Origin: Octopus vulgaris
Lineage: Eukaryota
Direction of reading: 5' to 3'
Assembly (NCBI GenBank): GCA_951406725.2
Contig: OX597815.1
Coordinates: 50,344,001 to 50,408,000, forward strand
DNA length: 64,000 bases
Under the pieces are notes generated by a model. The model was not told where the DNA came from and made no database searches. It was given only the letters and a program-made list of their open reading frames with translations. Of this stretch, positions 56,694 through 64,000 are shown in pieces; position 1 is the first letter of the stretch, and the number at the start of each line of letters is the position of its first letter. The position numbers and the translations under genes are program-made.

Positions 56694-58124
56694 GATGAAA
56701 TGCAGTTCGGTTTTGTACCAGGTAGAAGCACCACTGATGCTATATTCCTGGTCCGACAACTGCAGGAGAAGTACCTAGCTAAAGATAAACCCCTCTACAT
56801 AGCTTTTGTAGACTTGGAGAAAGCCTTTGACAGGGTTCCCCATTCCCTTATCTGGTGGTCGATGTGGAAACTGGAGATTGAAGAATGGCTAATAAGGGCT
56901 GTACAGGCTCTATACAGAGAGGCTGTCAGCAAGGTTAGGATTGGCAACGAATATAGTGAAGAATTCTGGGTAGAAGTAGGTGTGCACCAGGGCTCAGCCC
57001 TCAGTCCCCTTTTATTCATCATAGTCCTTCAGGCAATAACAGAGGAATTCAAAACGGGATGCCCCTGGGAGCTCCTCTATGCCGATGACCTAGCTCTCAT
57101 AGCAGAATCACTACCGGAACTAGAAGAGAAATTTCGGGTGTGGAAGCAAGGGTTGGAATCAAAGGGACTTAGAATAAATGTAGCAAAGACCAAAGTATTA
57201 GTAAGCAGCAAGAGGTACTCAGCACACACCCCCTCGGGTAGGTGGCCCTGCTCAATCTGTAGGAAAGGTACAGGTAGAAACTCCATAAGATGCACCCAAT
57301 GTAAGTTATGGACACATAAGAGGTGCAGCAACATTAAAGGGAAATTAACAGATAAGATAGCTTTCATGTGCAGCAGATGCACAGGGACAATAGACACAAC
57401 AGACACTCAGAAAACAGATTCCATCACACTCCAGGGAGAGAAACTAGAAGTAGTTGATAGTTTCCACTACCTGGGTGACCAAGTTAGTAGCGGAGGTGGA
57501 TGCACAGAGAGTATCACCACTAGAATACGAATAGCCTGGGCAAAGTTCAGAAAGCTCCTACCCCTACTGGCAACAAAAGGTCTCTCCCTCAGAGCGAAAG
57601 GTAGATTGTATGATGCATGTGTGCGAACTGCCATGCTTCACGGTAATGAAACATGGGCTGTGACTGCAGAGGACATGCGTAGACTTGAAAGAAATGAAGC
57701 TAGCATGATCCGCTGGATGTGTAGTGTCAGTGTGCACGCAAGACAGAGTGTAAGCATCCTGAGAGAAATGCTGGATATAAGAAGCATCAGATGTGGTGTG
57801 CAAGAGCGACGCTTGCGATGGTATGGTCATGTGCTGCGGATGGATGAAGAGAGATGTGTGAAGAAGGGCCACTCCCAAACAGTTGAAGGTATCAGGAGGA
57901 GAGGTAGACCCAGGAAGACATGGGATGAGGTAGTCAAGCATGACCTCAGAGCATTGGGCCTCACTGAGGCAATGGTGAAGGACCGAGATCTCTGGAGATA
58001 TGCTGTGACTGCAAAGACCCGGGCTGCTTTCTGCAGCAATTCCACATACCCCCTACCCATTCAAAGTACCCCGGATCCCCAAAGTACCCCGGACCCCGTT
58101 GCCCCCGTGCCGCTGGCACGTTAA
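56652..58124 (+). CDS. Reverse transcriptase ORF of a 5'-truncated RTE-clade LINE (homology starts at about 56690; no endonuclease domain)
   Basis: QFGFVPGRSTTDAIF, FVDLEKAFDRV, GVHQGSALSPLLF, LLYADDL, FHYLG, RLRWYGHVLRM, GRPRKTW; uninterrupted frame. Confidence 0.92.
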   Translation: MLCQIAVFLPACCLDEMQFGFVPGRSTTDAIFLVRQLQEKYLAKDKPLYIAFVDLEKAFDRVPHSLIWWSMWKLEIEEWLIRAVQALYREAVSKVRIGNEYSEEFWVEVGVHQGSALSPLLFIIVLQAITEEFKTGCPWELLYADDLALIAESLPELEEKFRVWKQGLESKGLRINVAKTKVLVSSKRYSAHTPSGRWPCSICRKGTGRNSIRCTQCKLWTHKRCSNIKGKLTDKIAFMCSRCTGTIDTTDTQKTDSITLQGEKLEVVDSFHYLGDQVSSGGGCTESITTRIRIAWAKFRKLLPLLATKGLSLRAKGRLYDACVRTAMLHGNETWAVTAEDMRRLERNEASMIRWMCSVSVHARQSVSILREMLDIRSIRCGVQERRLRWYGHVLRMDEERCVKKGHSQTVEGIRRRGRPRKTWDEVVKHDLRALGLTEAMVKDRDLWRYAVTAKTRAAFCSNSTYPLPIQSTPDPQSTPDPVAPVPLAR

Positions 58125-58355
58125 AAGCTCGAACCGATGCCGGACCCCCCGGCCCCTGTGCAGGTGGCACGTAAAAAGCACCCAATCCACTCACGGAGTG
58201 GTTGGCGTTAGGAAGGGCATCCAGCCGTAGAAACTCTGCCAGATCAGACTGGAGCCTGGAGTGGCCCCTGGCTTCCCAGACCCCGGTCGAACCGTCCAAC
58301 CCGTGCTAGCGCGGAAAACGGACGTTAAACGATGATGATGATGATCATGATGATA
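56690..58355 (+). mobile_element. RTE LINE, 5'-truncated, with 3' UTR and (GAT)n tail
   Basis: The ORF above plus a CpG-retaining 3' UTR ending GACGTTAAACGATGATGATG. Confidence 0.9.
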
Positions 58356-58721
58356 CAAGCAAATGCCCCCCCCCCGTCCAATGGACGGTGCTAGGTTGTC
58401 AAACATTTAAACCAAATTCTCTCAAAACAACCTGTCTGACCGTCCCATAGGCCTCCCCTATGAGAAACATTGATTTAACCTAAATTTGAGACACCAGCAA
58501 AAGAAGAAATAAAGATAGACTTTTTTCTATTCCAAAGAAAAACGATTTTCCAAGGCTTTATCGATCACATTCTCACCTGGAATCGATTTTTGTAATTTTT
58601 TCGAGACTTGTACATGCCCTGATACCATCAGTAGCTACATATCAAATTTGAGCGCAGTCGGATGGAGTATGCCCGAGATCCTAGAAGCCACACACACAGA
58701 CAGAATGGATTTTATATAAGA
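58356..58721 (-). mobile_element. Non-autonomous Helitron-like element
   Basis: On the minus strand: 5' TC start after A, subterminal hairpin CCGTCC-ATT-GGACGG, 3' end CTTG (CTRR variant) before T, no TSD. Confidence 0.65.
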
Positions 58722-58810
58722 TATATATATATATATGCATACATACATACATACATACATGCATACATACATACATACATACATACATACATACATACAT
58801 ACATACTTAC

Positions 58811-59090
58811 ATTTATGCACTAACCTGCTCTGGATGTCAAGAACAATACATAGGCCAAAAAAAGAAAACAGTCTACGTCAAAGGATGGCTCTGCACAGAT
58901 CCCAGATCAAAATTCCAAAAATAGAAAAACAGCATTCAGCCAACTCATCAACATTTGTGCCAACAACAAAAATCCAAGCTTCAGAATTTTTCCCCTCTAC
59001 CAATTCAGGGACAATACAACCTGTAGCCAACGAATTAGTAAAGAGACTCTCTTTATTAGAAAATCAGACCCCTTTTCAAGGCATCTACAG
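58811..59090 (+). pseudogene. Penelope-like element GIY-YIG endonuclease remnant
   Basis: IYALTCSGCQEQYIGQ from 58811, then after frameshifts SLRQRMALHRSQI and FRIFPLYQF...RISKETLFIRK; CxxC between the GIY and YIG motifs is typical of PLE endonucleases. Confidence 0.85.
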
Positions 59091-59281
59091 CAAATGACAT
59101 ATCCACCATGGCCTTTGAATAACACAAACACACATGCTAATATTAAAAACGATACATTCAAGAGATACCCAAGAATTCATTAAAAAACAGTCCCAATCAC
59201 TGCTATAATCCACAGCGAGCCACATTTATGTCACTTGACCATTTAACATCCTACTACTATCATGGCATGCCTGCATTCTTA

Positions 59282-59325
<44 letters not shown>

Positions 59326-59423
59326 CAATATAGGGTGGCAAAAAAAAATTTTGTAGAATTCTTTATATACCAGCGGCTATATATATAAATTGATCAAAAT
59401 AAAAACATGATGCCAAGGATTCA

Positions 59424-59501
59424 GCGGTACATATGTTTCGGGCCTTTATTAGATAGATTTATAACAATGCATAATGTATGTCTGTGGCCTTCTTCAGCCG
59501 C
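59424..59501 (-). ncRNA. Type I hammerhead ribozyme
   Basis: GCGG-CTGAAGA-AGGCC...GGCCC-GAAAC-ATAT-GTA-CCGC: stem I GCGG/CCGC, stem II GGCC/GGCC, palindrome ACATATGT. Confidence 0.8.
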
Positions 59502-59545
59502 GCACAACAGCTTCCACAACAGCTTCCACAAGGAAGCTGTTGTGC

Positions 59546-59623
59546 GTGGCTGAAGAAGGCCACAGACATACATTATGCATTGTTATAAATCTGTCTAATA
59601 AAGGCCCGAAACATATGTACCGC
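59546..59623 (+). ncRNA. Type I hammerhead ribozyme, mirror copy
   Basis: GTGG-CTGAAGA (59550)...GAAAC (59608)-ATAT-GTA (59617-59619)-CCGC. Confidence 0.78.
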
Positions 59624-59738
59624 TGAATCTTGGCATCATGTTTTTATTTTGATCAATTTACTCCACCACCTACACCACCAATTGGTATACACAGGTGCTT
59701 ATAATTATCAAGTACTCACCCCGAATTTCTATACTCAA

Positions 59739-59794
<56 letters not shown>

Positions 59795-59889
59795 TTATGT
59801 ATATATATATATATATAAGTATATATATATATATATACATAAGTATATATATATGTGTGTGTGTGTGTATGTATGTACGTATGTATGTA

Positions 59890-60043
59890 TAGAGAGAATT
59901 TACAATAAAACAAAAGACAAAGATAGGTATGTAAACAACAAACAAATGTATTTAATGTTCAGGAAATGAGAAAGTCTTTTACATTTTGAGCCTACGCTCT
60001 TCGATAGAAAGGAACACAGAAATAAACAGGGAGAGAAAATAAG

Positions 60044-60050
<7 letters not shown>
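59890..60050 (-). mobile_element. Short microsatellite-associated repeat (same family as 63315-63495; a fragment at 42198-42245)
   Basis: Reverse-complement similarity to 63315-63495. Confidence 0.7.
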
Positions 60051-60091
<41 letters not shown>

Positions 60092-60153
60092 GAATATATA
60101 CATATATGTTTTTATATATATATGCATATATAAATGTATATGTATATATGTTT

Positions 60154-60194
<41 letters not shown>

Positions 60195-60545
60195 AAAAGG
60201 CTATTACAAATACACAGGAAGAAATGAGAGAACAACATTATTACTCAATTTATGTTATTGTTTGGATGACTCATGATCCATAACTTGAAGTTAGCCCTTA
60301 GGCTAATAGATATATCACTCACTAACTGGGATATACACCTGAGTATGTAATCAACCAATCAACAATGCTCTAAACAATTTTGACTAATATGTAAAGATGC
60401 TTACTAACTTCTATAATAGTGGTGTATAATTTATTTATGTGCATGGAAGAATGAATGGATGGATAAACAATTAGAATGATAATCTGAGAAACAGTCAATC
60501 AAATAGGTAGATAGATCAATAGGTAGATGGACGTACAGACAGACT

Positions 60546-60591
<46 letters not shown>

Positions 60592-60604
60592 CAGATAGAC
60601 ATAC

Positions 60605-60680
<76 letters not shown>

Positions 60681-60870
60681 GAGTAATATGTAGTTAGCCA
60701 CATTTTAAATCAGTTTGAAAGCTAAATGCTGAAGATCATCCAATTCTCACACTTTTCATCTAATTCACACATACATGCAATGAATATATGTACACACACA
60801 CACATGCACACACAAACACATACATGTATGTGTGTAAAAGTGTGTGTGTGTTTATATGTATGTATGTATG

Positions 60871-60940
<70 letters not shown>

Positions 60941-61812
60941 CATGCATGTCTTTCCATGAATTTTGCCAGCATTTCTGCTGCAAAACAAATTTAAGGAAAA
61001 ATTAAATTTTTCACTATCAATAAAATTAGACTGACAGAGCACTAAACAATTTGTAATTAACATGCCTAAATAGACAAATGTTTCAACGTAGAAGAGACAT
61101 CAAAAGCTTGTCGGAAACTAAACTGTCCTCTAAATTTTACTATCAAAAGTGCTTCGTGTGGAAAACATGAAGAAGTAAAATAAAATATATTAAAAAATAC
61201 ACAATTGCCAAGCATTTATTCAGCTGGAAGCAATCAAGAAAAGCAGGAAAACTAATTGTTGCTGGTTTCTCTTCAGCAGTTTATTGGTGGCTCATTAAAT
61301 TTTACACATGTCAAGAGAGTTTTTCATTATTTATTTACTTATTTACAAGGGAGGTTAAAATATTCTGTGAGTCATTCTTGAATAGAAAGTTCACATACAC
61401 ACACACAAAAGTAAAAAAAAAAACATGCATTATTTCGGTAGATATGTTGTTGCAACAAAAGTTATATTGCCTAATTTTTTTCTTTACAATCTGTTTGTTG
61501 CTGTTATTGTTTGGCCCCAGGCTTGTAATCATCAAATGGTATTCCAGGCACAACCACTATCTCTTGGCCATTGCATATCTAGGGTTACTTTATCCAATGT
61601 ATTATTCACCAAGGTCTAATTTGAAGGAGATTTGGTTGCTATTTCTAACAAGTATAGTGAGCACATAGAACATCATCATAAGCTCATTTCATTATGTTAT
61701 TCATGTTGGATACATGTATATATAAATAAGTAAATGTGTGTGTAAGTGTGTTTGTGTGTATTTATATTTATTTATACATGCACATATATATATATACAGC
61801 CTTTCGCCATTT

Positions 61813-61872
61813 GAGCCTGATGAGTTACCTACACTGCTTAGCGCTTCATAGGTATGAAACCATTGGTCACTC
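61813..61872 (+). ncRNA. Type I hammerhead motif
   Basis: GAGC-CTGATGA-GTTACCTA...TAGGTAT-GAAAC-CATTG-GTC-ACTC. Confidence 0.7.
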
Positions 61873-61962
61873 TATGACCAACCATAACTTTAACTTCCTA
61901 GAATATATTTATATGTATAATGAATTGGAATGACAAAGAAATAAACACTTATGAATTTCATT

Positions 61963-62043
61963 AGCTTGCAGCTGTCTCTGCTTTAAGGTGCAGTAGACTC
62001 ATATTTGAGTGCTTGAGTATCACTTTATAGCTTCACCAGAGCT
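61963..62043 (-). ncRNA. Degenerate hammerhead motif
   Basis: AGCT-CTGGTGA-(long stem II, about 9 of 11 bp)-GAGAC-AGCT-GCA-AGCT; three core substitutions. Confidence 0.5.
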
Positions 62044-62195
62044 TCAGACATGAAGCACAATTTATTTGGAAAAATATTTACTTCCATGTATTTACACAGA
62101 AAAACAAAATCTTATCCAGGCCATGATATCATAGAGAAAAAAAAGAGATAGAAAATCAATATGATGATGTTTATATCTATATCTATATAATTATT

Positions 62196-62251
<56 letters not shown>

Positions 62252-62835
62252 TGATTTTATTTTTGATCTTCTATATAAATGAAGATATTTCCTCCATCTG
62301 GCTGCTTTTCTTTCTACAAAATGGGAAGTTACATTGTGAAATTATTTTAATGAGTTGTATTTATTTATCACCCAACGAGATACATCTGCACCACCGGATG
62401 CTCCTGAAACAGTTGTTGAGTGTCCCACCCATGAGGAATCGATGCTAAATGTGACGAAACAATTGTCATGATTAATAATAAATTCTTGTATATTCCATCT
62501 TTTGACTTTCATTTGCCACATACATAACGATCACTTTGAAAGTGACCTTGCTTTACCAGTAAGTTACGAGGTGTAAACAATTCGTTTTATTATATATGTC
62601 CACATGTACATATAGCTGTTAAAGAACCCAAAAGTTAGAAAGAATATGCACTCATACATTTGTCAATAGAGTGTGTAATATTAATCAAAGTGTACAATAT
62701 TATATATCAATTATGGCCAATCTTACTAATCAGTTTTGCACTAGGGGTTCAATGGATTGTTACATAACAGACCAATTATGTAACACTGATCTCTATTCAA
62801 GAAAATAGTTACCACATTCCATTCCATAACTGCCA

Positions 62836-62912
62836 TCTCTGATGAGCACAGGGTTACATAAGCTGTTAACTAATACTCCATTGAATCCTTAGTGCAAAAC
62901 CAATCAGTTAGA
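62836..62912 (+). ncRNA. Hammerhead motif in a diverged inverted repeat (62701-62932)
   Basis: TCT-CTGATGA-GCAC...GTGC-AAAAC-CAATCA-GTT-AGA; the mirror arm reads GTGC-AAAAC-TGATTA-GTA-AGA. Confidence 0.6.
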
Positions 62913-62967
62913 CCAGCCGTAAAAGATATATATGATACAGTACACTTCAATTAATATATATATATAT

Positions 62968-63312
62968 TTCTTTTATCTGTTTACTTGTTTCAGTCATTTG
63001 CCTGCGGCCATGCTGGAGCATTGCCTTAAAGGTTTTAGTCGAAGAAATTAACCCCAGGACTTATTATTTGTAAGTCTCGTACTTATTCTTTTGGTCTCTT
63101 TTGCCGAGCCGTTAAGTTACAGGGCCATAAATATATATATATATATATATACGATGGGCTTCTTTCAGTTTCCGTCTACCAAATCTACTCACAAGGTTTT
63201 GGTCGACCCAAAGCTATAGTAGAAGAAACTTGCTCATGATACCACACTGTGGGACTGAACCCGGAACCATGTGGTTGGGAAACAAGCTTCTTACCACACA
63301 GCCATGCCTGTG
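62968..63312 (-). mobile_element. SINE family A, internally deleted
   Basis: Family similarity. Confidence 0.8.
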
Positions 63313-63495
63313 TCTTAGATCGGTAGCCACTACACACATTTTTTTCTCTCCTTGTTTTTTTCTGTGTCCCTTTCTGTAGAAGAGCATAGGCTTGAAATGT
63401 AAAAGACTTTTTCAATTCCTGAGCGTTATACTAATACATCTGTTTATTTTCTACACCACCTGTCTTCGTCTTTTGTTTTTTTCATGAACTCTCCC

Positions 63496-63571
<76 letters not shown>

Positions 63572-63897
63572 TCGCCATAGTTATCGCCATACTACCATAA
63601 GATTTTGGTCGACCCAAAGCTATAGTGGAAGAAACTTGCTCAAGATACCACACTGTGGGACTGAACCCGGAACCATGTGGTTGGGAAACAAGCTTCTTAC
63701 CACACAGCCATGCCTGTGTCTTAGATCGGTAGCCACTACACACATTTTTTTCTCTCCTTGTTTTTTTCTGTGTCCCTTTCTGTAGAAGAGCATAGGCTTG
63801 AAATGTAAAAGACTTTTTCAATTCCTGAGCGTTATACTAATACATCTGTTTATTTTCTACACCACCTGTCTTCGTCTTTTGTTTTTTCATGAACTCT

Positions 63898-63900
<3 letters not shown>
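63197..63900. repeat. Near-identical ~300-bp direct duplication (63197-63495 and 63603-63900), with a third partial copy from about 63938
   Basis: The two units differ at only a few positions; the ORF track shows the duplicated peptide. Confidence 0.9.
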
Positions 63901-63933
<33 letters not shown>

Positions 63934-64000
63934 CACACACCTGTCTTCGTCTTTTGTTTTTTCATGAACTCTCCCTATATATATATATATATATATAGGC

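Larger units (their letters stand above)
59322..59741. mobile_element. Palindromic Penelope-like non-autonomous element between (TA)n tracts
   Basis: Arms 59386-59515 and 59532-59660 are near-perfect reverse complements; each carries a hammerhead. Confidence 0.75.

Overview
AT-rich, microsatellite-dense eukaryotic (metazoan) DNA. The tRNA-headed SINE families, RTE LINEs and microsatellite load look like an octopod cephalopod genome (inference). No host protein-coding gene is recognisable, so the window is probably intronic or intergenic, and nearly all ORF-track entries are microsatellite artefacts. Protein-coding remnants that can be identified: a young 5'-truncated RTE LINE with a PHD-like finger inside the RT (56690-58355), a Hero/R2-type RLE LINE, three mariner remnants, older RTE, CR1-like and Dong/R4-like fragments, and a Penelope-type GIY-YIG endonuclease fragment. 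Non-coding elements include many SINEs, Tigger-like and piggyBac-like MITEs and a non-autonomous Helitron. The main unexplained signal is a set of sequence-unrelated short elements carrying type I hammerhead-ribozyme motifs (CUGANGA-stem II-GAAAC-palindromic helix III-GUH-stem I). They lie mostly in or beside (TA)n/(CA)n tracts, and five are built as outward-pointing inverted repeats (about 22.5, 39.5, 48.5, 59.5 and 62.8 kb). They are best read as non-autonomous Penelope-like/retrozyme-type elements. All structures were aligned by eye; no folding or database search was run.
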